A stretch of DNA of 64,000 nucleotides from Octopus sinensis (Eukaryota), in contig NC_043006.1 of assembly GCF_006345805.1 (NCBI RefSeq), positions 43,090,001 through 43,154,000 on the forward strand, in the 5' to 3' direction. Positions 12,750 through 25,787 of the stretch are shown piece after piece (position 1 is the stretch's first letter; each line of letters opens with the position of its first letter). The position numbers and the translations under genes were made by a program. The notes under the pieces are model-generated. The model saw only the letters and a program-made list of their open reading frames with translations. It was not told the origin of the DNA and ran no database searches.

Positions 12750-14211
12750 GCATCCAATGAAGAAATAAAGACCGATGCCAGAAAGCTCTAAGCCTTTGCT
12801 TAATGCAGGGGAGTGTGAAATCTAAGTGCCAGGATGGTTTGATAGACGGTCACTTAAGCGAGGCAGCATGAATTAACTATATGGAACATTAAGCAAAGTT
12901 AGGAAGAAATTGCTCCTCAACAACAACTGTCAGAAAATTCCATTAATGAATGGTGTAATTATTAGACACACTTTGTTGATGACGGCGGCGGCGGCGGTGG
13001 TGGCGGTGGCGGTGGTTGCGGTGGCGGTGGCGGTGGTTGCGGTGGTGGTGGTAAATGTTGTGTGCTGTGTTGCTGTTGATTTTTACTTGGTCGGTTGATG
13101 GGTTGTCGTTCATTTTTCTTGTTGCTGTCGGTGATGTGTACTTTATACTCGTGGTTGCGGTGTTGAGGCGGATGTTGACGTTGATGTTGATGTTGATGTT
13201 GATGTTGATGATGTTGACGTTGGTAGCAGAGATGTCACTTTTATTAGTAATTGTTTCGTCCATTACTATCGCATTAGTTTTCTAACCACTAACACCACGA
13301 GTACCACCAGCACTACTACTACTACTACTACTACTACAACAGCTACCATCACCACTGCCACGACCACGACCACCACAACCACAACCACCACCACCACCAC
13401 CACCACCACCACCACAACCACCACCACAACCACCACCACCACCACCACCACCACCACCACCAGACACCACACACACCACACACAACCACCACCACCATTA
13501 CTAGTACTACTACTACTACTACCACCATCGCCACCACCACCACCACAACCACTACTACTATGACCACCACCATCACCACCACCACTACCACCACTACTAC
13601 TACTACTACTACTACCACCATTACCACCATTACCACCACCACCACCATCACCACCACCATCCCCACCACCACCATCACCACCATCACCACTACCACCACC
13701 ACCACCACTACTACCACTACTATTGCTGCTACTATTACTAATACTATCGCTGCCACCAATACCACTACTACTACTACAACTACTAATACAACCATCAATA
13801 AGCTACCATCAACGTCACCAGCACTACCATTGCCATCACCATCACTATCAACATGGATATTACGTGATTGCTATGACTTCCACATCCACAACCATCACCA
13901 TCACCATCAAACAACAACTTTTCTACTCCCAGCATCACTTGAGCTGACTCCATTTCTCTCTTTCCTTACTCTAGCAGAATGGAGAGATTTGCTTAAGACT
14001 TGTTAAGACAATTCAACACAAGACATACATTATCTCATTTATTAACAAGACACTAGATACATATAGGTATGTGTTTCCGTGTGTGTGTGTGTATACATAC
14101 ATACATATATACATACATACATGTATACATATATATATATTACATATGTATGATACTTATATATAATACATATGTATCTATATGTATATTGTATATAAGT
14201 GTATATATATA

Positions 14212-14263
<52 letters not shown>

Positions 14264-14266
14264 TAC

Positions 14267-14329
<63 letters not shown>

Positions 14330-14453
14330 ATATACATATATACATAGATACATATGATTATATATAAGTATCATACATATGTAATATATATATATGTATA
14401 CATGTGTGTGCATATATATAAATATATGTACATATATGTATGCATGTATGTAT

Positions 14454-14485
<32 letters not shown>

Positions 14486-14580
14486 TTTATATATGTATAT
14501 CTATGTATGTATTTATATGCATATATATAATGTATATAGACATATAATATATAAGAATGTATGTATGTATATATATATAT
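12175..14580. repeat. Compound microsatellite field (GAG, AAG, AAT, GAT, GGT, ACC, ACT, TA, TG)
   Basis: Direct inspection. It accounts for the homopolymeric ORFs. Similar fields at 250-570, 28250-28600, 34515-34900, 40490-40815, 54400-55060 and 61100-62070. Confidence 0.95.
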
Positions 14581-14751
14581 ATACAATAGTTATCGCCATA
14601 CTAATATGGCATTCTTATAAAAATAAGAAAAAAGCTGTCCGCTTATTAGCTCCATGAGGCCATCGCCTTAAGTTAGCTATTTGATACACAAACTGTATCC
14701 ATATAACCTTCGAACAAGGGAGGTCAGTCGCTCCACACTACTTGACCGGCA

Positions 14752-14793
14752 GCTACAGACGCGTTTCGGGGTATTGCCCCTTTTCAATGCAGC
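14752..14793 (-). ncRNA. Type I hammerhead ribozyme, U3-A8 core variant (intact copy)
   Basis: Minus strand reads gcugca-UUGAAAA-gggg caaua cccc-GAAA-c gc GUC-uguagc. Stem I 6 bp, stem II 4 bp, palindromic ACGCGU stem III, GUC triplet. Plus-strand copies at 15250-15290, 15607-15649 and 15968-16008 each carry a different 1-nt indel. Confidence 0.8.
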
Positions 14794-15870
14794 GTAGCCA
14801 GCCAGTAGGTGTCGCTTCCGACAATCTCTGTTCGATGGTTTTATTTACCTAGTTTCGGTGGAATACATCCACTTGTTTTCAATAATAGAAATATTAAAAT
14901 AACTAAGTCTCTCTAAAAGAGAACAGCGGCAGCGTTCCCGGAAAATGTGGAGCGACTGACCTCCCTTGTTCGAAGGTTATATGGATACAGTTTGTGTATC
15001 AAATAGCTAACTTAAGGCGATGGCCTCATGGAGCTAATAAGCGGACAGCTTTTTTCTTATTTTTATAAGAATGCCATATTAGTATGGCGATAACTATTAT
15101 TTTCCGGGAACGCTGCCGCTGTTCTCTTTTAGAGAGACTTAGTTATTTTAATATTTCTATTATTGAAAACAAGTGATGTATTCCACCGAAACTAGGTAAA
15201 TAAAACCATCGACAGAGATTGTCGGAAGCGACACCTACTGGCTGGCTACGCTGCATTGAAAAGGGGCAATACCCCGAAAGCGTCTGTAGCTGCCGGTCAA
15301 GTAGTGTGGAGCGACTGACCTCCTTGTTCGAAGGTTATATGGATACAGTTTGGTATCAAATAGCTAACTGTAAGGCGATGGCCTCATGGAGCTAATAAGC
15401 GGACAGCTTTTTTCTTATTTTTATAAGAATGCCATATTAGTATGGCGATAACTAATTATTTCCGGGAACGCTGCCGCTGTTCTCTTTTAGAGAGACTTAG
15501 TTATTTTAATATTTATTATTGAAAACACGTGGATGTATTCCACCGAAACTAGGTAATAAAACCATCGAACAGAGATTGTCGGAAGCGACACCTACTGGCT
15601 GGCAACGCTGCATTGAAAAGGGGCAATACCCCGAAACGCGGTCTGTAGCTGCCGGTCAAGTAGTGTGGAGCGACTGACCTCCCTTGTTCGAAGGTTATAT
15701 GGATACAGTTTGTGTATCAAATAGCTAACTTAAGGCGATGGCCTCATGGAGCTAATAAGCGGACAGCTTTTTTCTTATTTTTATAAGAATGCCATATTAG
15801 TATGGCGATAACTATTATTTTCCGGAACGCTGCCGCTGTTCTCTTTTAGAGAGACTTAGTTATTTTAATA

Positions 15871-15923
15871 TTCTATTATTGAAAACAAGTGGATGTATTC
15901 CACCGAAACTAGGTAAATAAAAC
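15871..15923 (+). ncRNA. Second hammerhead-like motif per 360-bp unit (U3-A8 core)
   Basis: uucuauu a-UUGAAAA-caa gugga ugua uuccac c-GAAA-c uag GUA-aauaaaa. Stem I is weak and AU-rich with an extra nucleotide. Repeated in each unit. Confidence 0.5.
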
Positions 15924-16865
15924 CATCGAACAGAGATTGTCGGAAGCGACACCTACTGGCTGGCAACGCTGCATTGAAAAGGGGCAATACCCCGAACGCG
16001 TCTGTAGCTGCCGGTCAAGTAGTGTGGAGCGACTGACCTCCCTTGTTCGAAGGTTATATGGATACAGTTTGTGTATCAAATAGCTAACTTAAGGCGATGG
16101 CCTCATGGAGCTAATAAGCGGACAGCTTTTTTCTTATTTTTATAAGAATGCCATATTAGTATGGCGATAACTATTATTTTCCGGGAACGCTGCCGCTGTT
16201 CTCTTTTAGAGAGACTTAGTTTTTAATATTTCTATTATTAATATATATATATATATATATATATGATATACATGCATATGTATGTATATCTGTGTGTGTG
16301 TATATATATATACATATATATAATATATATATTATATATATATATATTATATGCATGTGTGCGTGTGTCTGTGTGTGTGTGTGCGTTGTGTGTGTGTGTG
16401 TGTAATTTAATTGTTTAATTTATTAATGAGTTTGCGTTTTGAAATTATGTGTTGTAATTGCTAAGATTTTCATATCAACAATATTAAATATCATACGAAG
16501 CAATAAATATTATACTAATATTATTTTTAATTACAGTGTTAGCAATTAATATATCCAGAGAATCACATTATGATATATGTATCTTCTGTGACCAGAGTGA
16601 AGACAGCCTGTCTAGAATTTTAGCCACTCATAATAAATCACAAGAACAAGCCTAAATAACATTGAAGACAATGAAGAACCTGAAAGACAATATTACTAAT
16701 GCTGGTGAAGAAGATATAACATTATACCACCTGTTTTTTTTTGGCCTAAAGCACTCCCTAGTTTCATATTATGCCCTACTATTTGAGTGCCATTAATGGA
16801 ATTAAGTTCCCTGCACGAATCTAAAAGCGAACATCTTGGATTACATTCCTATTCTGACATTATTA

Positions 16866-18090
16866 TTAGGTTGCTTCACATGAAATGTCGTATTTGAAAA
16901 ATAATAATAAAATGTTTCAGAAGTGTTAGAGAAGTTATTTATTTAATCAAAGTATGATCCATGTTCATTTATGAAGTTTACCCAACGTTTCTCTATGTTA
17001 TATATTCCATCTTTTAAAAAAAAAAATTCATCTTTTGCTGTGATAAACTTTCTGAATGCTTCAATTACCTCTTCTCTATTTAAGAATGTTTTATTGCTTA
17101 TGAATAGCCCAAAATGCTTAAATAAGTGATAATTAGTAGGAGAGATATTAGAGGAATAGGGAGGATGTTGCAAAATCTCATAATTCAGGCTTTGCAACTT
17201 TTGGACCATGTGAGGACATCCATTGTCATGGAGCAAAATTGGGCCATCTCTATTCACAAGTCTGGATTGCTTCTTTTTCAAATTCTCATGCATACAATCA
17301 ATTTCCTGGTAATACGGTGTTGCTGTTACTGTTTTTCCTTGTTGTGAAAATGAATAATGAATATCTCAGATCACCATACAGTGACCTCTAACTTTTTAGG
17401 GTGCAATGGTGGGTTTGGGTGGTGTTTCGGTGACTCTCCTGCATCTAATCACAGTCCTGTTCTGCTGCTGTTGTCAAAGTGTATCCATTTCTCGTCACAA
17501 GCAATGATTTGATGCAAAAATGGTCTGTTTCCAGTCAAGAAAGCAATAAGGAGCACACTTCGAGGCGTCTGTTTTTTTTGTTTTTTTTTACCTCATTCAG
17601 TTGATGTGGAACAAACTTATCCAGATTTCTTGACTTTTCTAAATTTTTACAGATCTCCAAAAACAGTTGGGGAACATGTCTGGAGTTCTGATGAGAGTTT
17701 TCAAACCTTTGTTCTCGGATTTTGTTCAACCAAAGCATTTAATCCACCATGCCGAATAACATATTTTGGCCTACCCCTTGATTTATTTTCAAGGCTATCA
17801 TCTCCTGAATGAGAGCTTTGGAGCCATCTCTGAACAATTCTGATGTCAACGAAACCATTAGCATTGAGCTTCTGCAGCAGAGTAATCCAGTTTGTACTCA
17901 TACGAGAAAATCACTCAACATAGTTTGGTTTTTATCATTTTCATAAGGTCTGTGGGTACGAATTTTGTATACCAATATTGTTGGGAAAGAAAAAGAGTCA
18001 AGATTAAATGCAAGGTAAACATAACTAAGTTTTTAAATAACTGAAATAACAAGTAATTAAAAATGCAACATTTCATGTGAAACAACCTAA
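16866..18090 (-). mobile_element. mariner (DD34D-type) DNA transposon, decayed full-length copy
   Basis: TIRs ttaggttgcttcacatgaaatg / catttcatgtgaaacaacctaa, ~1.22 kb. Fragments RGRP, WVPHQL-like, ILLHDN, HPPYSSNISP..YHLF and W..FI..HGSYFD. Confidence 0.9.
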
Positions 18091-18879
18091 TCTCTATTAC
18101 TGTTTGCTTGTTTCAGTCATTTATCCTGCGACCATGCTGGGGCACCACCTTGAAGAATTCTAGTTGAATGCATTGACACCCTGTACTTTATATATATGTG
18201 TGTGTGTGTATATTTTGTTGGTTGTTTAAGTCTAGTACTTATTCTGTCGGTTTCTCTTTTGCTTAACCGCTAAGTTATGGGGACATATCACACCAACACC
18301 AGTTCCTAAGTGGGGTGGGGGGGACAAATACACACACACACACACACTAATAATATACAATAGAATTCTTTCAGTTTACATCTATCAAATCCACCCACAA
18401 GGCTTTGGTCAGTCTGAAGATATAGTAGAAGACACTTGCCCAAGGTGTCACAGAGTGAAGCTGAACCTGGAACCTGACTGCTCTCTAAAATTAAGCAAAA
18501 AACACAAAAAATAATCCAGAGTCCTTGTCCAGTACTGGATCGATCTCAAAATCTAATCAGTTCATGCCAGTAATAAGGTCAAACATCTCTGAAAGTTTCA
18601 TTTGAATCCATCAAACGGTTCTTGAGACAAACAAGCAAACAAACAAATACAACTGAAAACAATACCCCCACCTTTGCTAAGGCAGATATAATAATATAAC
18701 AACCAGTTAATGATGTGGATTAATAAACACAAACAAGTTACAGAATATCGATACGCCTGGAAAACCATGATGGGAGCAGGAGGATTGATCAAAAAGGTAT
18801 TCTAAAAATTCAGCTGGTTGGAGCATTCTAAGAGGTACTAAAGTTGTTAAGAACTCAACTGTCAGTTAAACCACATTTG

Positions 18880-18917
18880 AAATCTGATGAGTACATTATC
18901 TATGAAAGCACTAATTT
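18880..18917 (+). ncRNA. Minimal hammerhead-like motif
   Basis: aaau-CUGAUGA-gua cauuauc uau-GAAA-g ca CUA-auuu. Weak stems. Lies ~50 bp before a (TA)n tract. Confidence 0.45.
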
Positions 18918-18961
18918 TGTTAAAGTACCATAATAAAAAGCGTTAAAACCAGACTATTCAA

Positions 18962-19000
<39 letters not shown>

Positions 19001-19337
19001 GTAAATATATGGTACAACGAAGTACCGATATTTACTGGAAAATTCGTTGTACCATATATTTACTTCTATTTATAATTTTCCCTCACGGGCTATTCTTTAT
19101 TGGAAAGCAATACTCTCGTATTGCATTACTATATATATATATATATATAAGCCAGTCGCCAACACTTTTTTCTGCAAAATAGGGTTAGCTTATCCTGTTC
19201 AGGCTATATTATTAGCATTATCCTGTGTTTGAAAATTTAAAATCAATTCTTTAACTTTTTAAGACATCTCAAAGCTTCTAAAGCAAATTTCGTTAGTTTG
19301 TTTATGTTCATCGTAATTTGAATTTAATATATATATA

Positions 19338-19835
19338 TCATTTCATTTCATTTCATTTGAGTTTGAGTCCATGCTCAGGCCAAGTCGAAGACTCCACCCT
19401 CAGAGTCTGGTGTGGTTGCCAGGTTGTATTCTCTGTTTAATTTTGACATGTGTAGGAGCGAGTTTGAGTCAGTTTGTGCTCGTTGTGTATATCCTGGGAG
19501 ATGGGGTTCATCTCTAATGGTGCTTAAGTATCTATCCAGCTGCAATTTGAATGATTCCACACTGCATCCTGATAGATTTCTGACATGTACCGGAATGGAG
19601 TTGAATAGTTGTTCTCCTCGACCAACAGACTTGACTCTCGCAGGTTTTTTTGCTGCCTGGCCAGCCTTTTTGTTGATTGGTGGTAGCTGGCAGCGTCTTC
19701 CGTGGTGCAGTGAGTGGTAGGTTTTGGTACCAAAGTTTGGCACCTTTTGCTCTATCATTTTCCAAATGTATATAATTCGGTATCGCTCAAATCTTCTTTC
19801 TATTGAGTACATCTTCAAGGTTTTGAGTCTTTGCC
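19338..19835 (-). mobile_element. CR1/Jockey-group LINE 3' fragment
   Basis: C-terminal motifs RLKTLKMYSIERRFERY, LFNSIP..VRN and SFKLQLDRYL. (GAAAT)n tail at ~19340-19357. Confidence 0.75.
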
Positions 19836-22101
19836 AATATATATATAAATGTAAACAAAAACGCAATAGAAGACAAGAGAAGCAACAATTAGAAGAACAG
19901 GCAAAAAAAGACAGGTCATTCATAGTCTTCTTTCAACTGAGAACGAATCCAATTGAGCTGGCATGTATGAAGTGAAAGCCTAAAGGCAGGAACAGTCAGG
20001 CCAAGAAAGAAAGATCATGGCTGGTCGGACATTGGTCATGTGGAAGGAGGAGAAAAGGGTAGGGGGCAGCAGGATTGAAGGATTAGAAAAATATCAGACA
20101 AAGAGAAAAGTACAGGGGAGATAAACAAGTGGGAAATAGTGGGAGTTAAAGAAAGAGAGGGCCAAGAAATACTTTTGATATATATTTAAAATAATATAAA
20201 TTAATAATTTTATGTATGGCTTATGTTTTTCATTGTTTGATTTGCCTAATAGTGGTTTTATCTCTAATTTAATATAATATAATATAATATATTATACTAA
20301 ATTGGATTTATCCTAAATCTGATTTTTCCTGTAAGTTTGGATTTATTCCCTAATATTTTATTATACATACATATATATATATATACGCAACAGGTTTCTT
20401 TCAGTTTCTGTCTGCCAAATCCACTCATAAGGCTTTTGTTGGCCTGAGGCTATAGTAGAAGATACTTGCTCAAGGTGCCACACCTTGGAATCATGTGCTT
20501 GTGAATCAAGATCCTCCTGTATTTTCTTTTACCCAAAGCCAGGAACTTTCCAGCACCTCCTCGTACATATTTTTTTCCCCCTACCATATATTCTAGTGTT
20601 GTTCTTATCGATTTTTCTGTCTCTCTTCAGATTAAAGATGTCTACGTCCTTCAAACTTCTACTGCCAGTGCTCCATTTAATTCTTGTATACACAATTAAC
20701 TTTGAAATGATGTATAAATGCCATTAGCTTTGCCTTCATCTTGCTCATATTTTCAATATCCAATATCACTGCACTTTGTCAACAGTTCGGAAAAAGTTAG
20801 TGAATACTGATGAGAATTTAATGAAAACCATAACTAATGAATCCATTCTTTCATCCTGGGTCTGAGAGATGTGTCGTTTAATAACAGTAACTATTTTCAT
20901 TGCAGCACCAAATATATCTATATTTCTGTGAAAGCTTCTTCTAGTTTTTATTAAAACCATTCAGTTTTTAAGCTATGAAGCTGATTTTGTTTACAGACCA
21001 TTAAACTATTCAAAATGTTGGTACAAGTTCTGGGTTCTGGCATTGTAAATAACTGGAGGAAAGATCGAAATGTCATATTCTTTTTTTGAAGTCTAGTGTA
21101 ATATTATTTTGTGGAGGCGCAATGGTCCAGTGGTTAGGGCATGGTCGGAGGATCACGGTTTCGATTCCCAGACTGGGCGTTGAGTATATTTATTGAGTGA
21201 AAACACCTAAAAGCTCCACGAGGCTCCAGCAGGGAGTGGTGGCGACCCCTGGTGTACTCTTTTGCCACAACTTTCTCTCACTCTCTCTTCCTGTTTCTTG
21301 AGTAATGCTGTGATGGGCTGGTGTCCTGTCCAGCTGGGAGGAACACATATGCCACAGAAACCAGAAAACCAGGCCCGTGAGCCTGGCTAGGCTTGAAAAT
21401 GGTGACATTTATGTTCAATTACATAATATTATTTTGGTCACACTATCTTTCTTTGATCTCAATACTTTTGTACGTATGATACTATGCCATGAATATCAAG
21501 GTATTTGTAGCATTAATTATGCGAAACACAGGAGATAGGGAAGCAATTTATATAAAGGATTTTGGGAGCAGTTTTCACACATTCAGTTATCAATTATGAA
21601 CATTTCCATTTGCCAAATTCCATTACAATGTTGGTTGAAAATATTGTTCTTAAATCCAGCTGCTTCTCAGCATTGTAAATATTTCCATTGTAGACGTAGA
21701 GAAATACTTAAGGCTTACATTGAAGATTCTGGCATATTAAGCAATGATTAAATGTGTGACAAAAGATTTAAAATTAAATAAAATACAGTAGTGAATGTAT
21801 CAGAGTGAGTGTATGTGTGTGTGTGTGCATGTGCATGCATGTGTATGTGTGCATAGCATTTCATCAAGCATTTCTTATGATAAGTTTGACTGGCCAGTCT
21901 TTCTGCAGGAAATTTCATAAATAATGGAATTGTGCAGAAATGGCAGTGTGGTAAGAAGCTTGCTTCCCAACTATATAATCCTGGGTCCAGTTCCACTGTA
22001 TGGTACTTTGGGCAAGTGTCTTTTCCTATAGCTTTGGGCCAACCAAAGCCTTGTGAGTGGATTTGGTAGACAGAAACTGAAAGAAGCCCATTGTGTATAT
22101 A

Positions 22102-22175
<74 letters not shown>

Positions 22176-22194
22176 TATTATTTATATATATATT

Positions 22195-22226
<32 letters not shown>

Positions 22227-23364
22227 CAGCAGCAGCAGCAGTTAAAGTCCGTTGTGCATGCTGGCATGGGTTGGACAGTTTGACCGGGTGTGGTAAGCTG
22301 GAAGGCTGTAGCAGACTCTTGTCTGATTTGGCATGGTTTCTATGGTTTCCAAGAGTGTAATGGGTACTTTTATGTGCTACTAATACGGGTGCCATTTGCA
22401 TGACACCAGTATCTGCCGTGACTACGATTTCACTTGACTTGATTGGTCTCCTTCTCAAACGCGGCATAATGCCAAAGGTCTCGGTCATTTGCTATTGCCT
22501 CCATGAGATCCAACACACAAAAGATGCCTTTTACATGCCACCTTACCTCCATGAGACTTACCACTCGAAAGGTGCTTTTAACATGCCACCAGCACAAGTG
22601 CCAGTTAAGTGACACCAGCATTGGCCACAGCTGCGATTTCACTTGGCTTGACAGGTCTTCTCAAGCACAGTATATTGCCAAAGGTCTCGGTCACAGCAAA
22701 ACTGTCGACAGTTTTGCTGTGAGTTGACTTTGTCACATTGTCAATATCATCATCATCATCATTTAATGTCCGTTTACCATGCTGGCATGAGTTGGATGGC
22801 TTGACTGCAACTGACAAGAATAGGGGCCACTCCAGATTCCATTAGTTTGTTTTGACATGGTTTCTACAGCTGGATGCCCTTCCTAATGCCAACCATTTTA
22901 CAATGTGTACTGAATGCTTTTTATGTGGCACCAACACCCACACCAATGCTTTTTCTACATGGCACTTTGGTCTTGGATATCAATTCTGTTGTGGTGAGTA
23001 GTCCTTCTTGAGTGTAGCAATGCACCACATACTACGGTCCTCTTGCATATAGCAGATTGCTCAAAACTTACAAACTTCCTACACTCAGATCCTTGGATCT
23101 TATAATTACATATACATATACATACATATATTTATCTGTGTGTGTGTGTGTATACATATGTATATATACATACATACATATATGTGTGTATAAAATATAT
23201 ATATATATATATATAGATATATATATACATACATATATTACATACATACATACATACATATATATGTATATATATACATACATATATGTATATATCTATA
23301 TATATATATGTATATACTTATATTACATATACATATAGTATATATATAGATATATATATATATA

Positions 23365-23389
<25 letters not shown>

Positions 23390-23395
<6 letters not shown>

Positions 23396-23570
23396 GGAAG
23401 GTTTATGAAAAAATAAACTAAAGACGAATGTATTACTATGGTGCTCAGGAAAGAAATAGAACAAGTCTTTTATGTTTCGAGCCTACGCTCTTCGACAGAA
23501 AGATACACAGTAAAGAAACAAGGAGAGAAAAAAATGCGTGTAGGAGCTAAAGGTCCATCATGGCGTTGTA
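23390..23570 (-). repeat. Penelope pseudo-LTR-like relic family with degenerate minimal HHR
   Basis: 23466-23503 minus strand reads cuuu-CUGUCGA-agagc guag gcuc-GAAA-c AUA-aaag. Related copies at ~30435-30625, ~31005-31190 and ~48205-48360, and a similar one at ~5975-6195. All lie inside (TA)n. Confidence 0.55.
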
Positions 23571-23591
23571 TGTATGTATATATGTATATAT

Positions 23592-23637
<46 letters not shown>

Positions 23638-24193
23638 TGCAGGAGTGGCTGTGTGGCAAGTAGATTGCTTCCCAGACACATAGTGCAGAGTTCAGTCCCA
23701 CTGCAGGGCATCTTAGGCAAGTGTCTTCTACTTTAGCCTCGAACTGACCAAAGCCTTGTGAGTGGATTTGGTAAACGGAAACTGAAAGAAGCCTATCATA
23801 TATGTATATATATTTATATATATATATGTGTGTGTGTAAGTGTGTGTGTGCGTGTGTGTGTGTTTGTGTGTCTGTGTTTGTCCCCCCACCATCACTTGAC
23901 AACCAATGCTGGTGTGTTTATGTCCCTATAACTTAGCGGTTCGGCAAAAGAGACCAATAGAATAAGTACTAGACTTACAAAGAATAAGTCATGGGGTCGA
24001 TTTGCTCAACTAAACGTGGTGCCCCAGCATGGCCACAGTCAAATGACTGAAACAAATAAAAGGATAAAAGAATATCTTACATTTTTATGTTATTAATCAA
24101 CAGAAATTTTACAGTGACTTGAAGACTGAGAATTTTTTACATTGGCATGAAACTCTCATCTCATGAATCACTGTAATTTTGAGCAATTAATTA

Positions 24194-24273
<80 letters not shown>

Positions 24274-24445
24274 TTATCGTGAAGTATATTTGCCACTTAA
24301 ATGTGGCTAACCCTTAAGGGTGGATGCTACTGTAGCTTGAAGCTCCAGGAGGACACCTCTTCCAGCTGGCTATTGACACACTATCTGTGCCCTATCAGTA
24401 TTTGCAAAGGGAAGCCATCCTTTCCATCTCGTACCTGACATGATA

Positions 24446-24522
24446 CACTCGGACTCAAGTTTCTGGGTATTGACCCGTCATCACCGTGTGACAATCACAG
24501 GTTGATTGTCACACGCTGATGA
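24446..24522 (-). ncRNA. Hammerhead relic with short fold-back
   Basis: Minus strand reads cacacg-GUGAUGA-cggguc aau accca-GAAA-cuuga GUC-cgagug. The inverted partial copy at 24503-24522 keeps the canonical cacacg-CTGATGA. Confidence 0.55.
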
Positions 24523-24571
24523 CCTTGCTCAGAGATTTATTTTTGCTTATGTGTGTGTGAGTGTGTGTGTA

Positions 24572-24797
24572 TTGGGTTGGTGCATAATTATTACAGTTTT
24601 TCTTCAACAAATTTTAATCAACAAAAACAATAACAATATTTAACAAAAGCATCTTTAAATGAAAGTCTGACCATGTACCAAGCAAAATGGGAAGAAGTAA
24701 TTGAAGTAAATGGTGAATATGCTCCACAATAATCATTTAAAGGTTTTGTTGAATAAAATTTGTTGAAAAACGCCGCAATAATTATGCATCAACCCAG
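24572..24797 (+). mobile_element. Internally deleted mariner (MITE)
   Basis: TIRs ttgggttggtgcataattatt / aataattatgcatcaacccag with TA flanks. Internal KWEEVIEVNGEY* transposase tail. Confidence 0.8.
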
Positions 24798-25563
24798 TAT
24801 TTTGAGTTCTATTTTCCTGTTTGTATTACTAAACCTGTAATATCTTGCATAAATGTGCATTACATATAAATCTGTGAGGACGAAGAAAATGATTGTTGAC
24901 TTGTCCCTTATGAAAATGTCTTTAGTCATTGTATATTCACCTCAGCAGGAATCTCTGCCAAAACTAATAAACTGTGTTTGATTTATTAAGCATGTTTACT
25001 CTTAAAATCATGCAATCCTCTTTGCCTCAGCTTGTCTGGCTGACAGCAGGTTCCATTACTACATTATAGCTGAGGTGCTTCATAGGGAAGAACAGTATCC
25101 TGTCGTGAATGAAATCATCTACACCATCAATGTGGAAATAAAAACAATATTTGCAAAGAATACCAAAACAAAAAAACAACACATCCTCACTTTGAAGAAT
25201 GGATGGAAAGATCACATGCAGACATACACACACACATACATATATATATATATTCACATATGTGGGGGGGGGTGCACGCATGCATGAAACATATAACATA
25301 TTCATACAGAGTTGAATATATATCAAAAGAGGAATGGAATATAATCAAAGCAGTACAACGATCACCAGTATGGATGAAATAACCAGATTTCAGAAATAAA
25401 AATATTTTTCTCCTCAAAATCATTAATTCTTGTGTCTATCCAAAAACAGGACAGAAAAGAGAAGGTGAATAAAAAAAAATCACACGATATAAAAATGACA
25501 ATAAAACATCAAAACTGCTAAAGAAAGAATGGGGAGAAGAAAAAAAAAACCCTCTGTGTGTGT

Positions 25564-25617
<54 letters not shown>

Positions 25618-25754
25618 TGTATGTGTGTGTGTGTTGTTATTGTCTATCAATGGACTTTATGAATTTTTCAGGAGATGTTATCTGTTATTGGTGAAAACTT
25701 TAAAAAAAAATAGTTTTATATATTCAGAACTTTAATAAACATATACAAATACAC

Positions 25755-25787
<33 letters not shown>

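Larger units (their letters stand above)
14585..16239 (+). mobile_element. Non-coding ~360-bp tandem repeat with an inverted upstream copy carrying hammerhead motifs (non-autonomous Penelope-like element / non-LTR retrozyme candidate)
   Basis: 14585-14945 is the reverse complement of the unit. It is followed by a partial unit (14946-15098), three full units starting ~15100, ~15459 and ~15818, and a partial unit ~16177-16239. Both sides are flanked by (TA)n. No ORF. Confidence 0.85.

Noticed and set aside
12112-14657. Long ORFs of poly-K/R/L/T/V or YI repeats here and throughout the window
   Set aside because: They are translations of stop-free microsatellites with no domain content.
15250-16008. 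Inactivating indels in the HHR core of each tandem copy as a biological signal
   Set aside because: Each copy has different scattered 1-nt indels throughout, typical of unpolished long-read errors. The inverted copy is intact.
14946-16239. CRISPR-like or satellite array
   Set aside because: Whole 360-bp units repeat with no unique spacers, the context is eukaryotic, and there are no cas genes.
17688-17710. CTGATGA hammerhead core
   Set aside because: It lies inside mariner coding remnant with no GAAA or closing stems. Similar incomplete hits at ~20806, ~26621, ~32914 and ~62789 were also dropped.
25027-25120. Possible terminal exons on the minus strand (here and near 26600-26702)
   Set aside because: Acceptor-like sites exist, but the peptides are unrecognisable and no partner exons were found.
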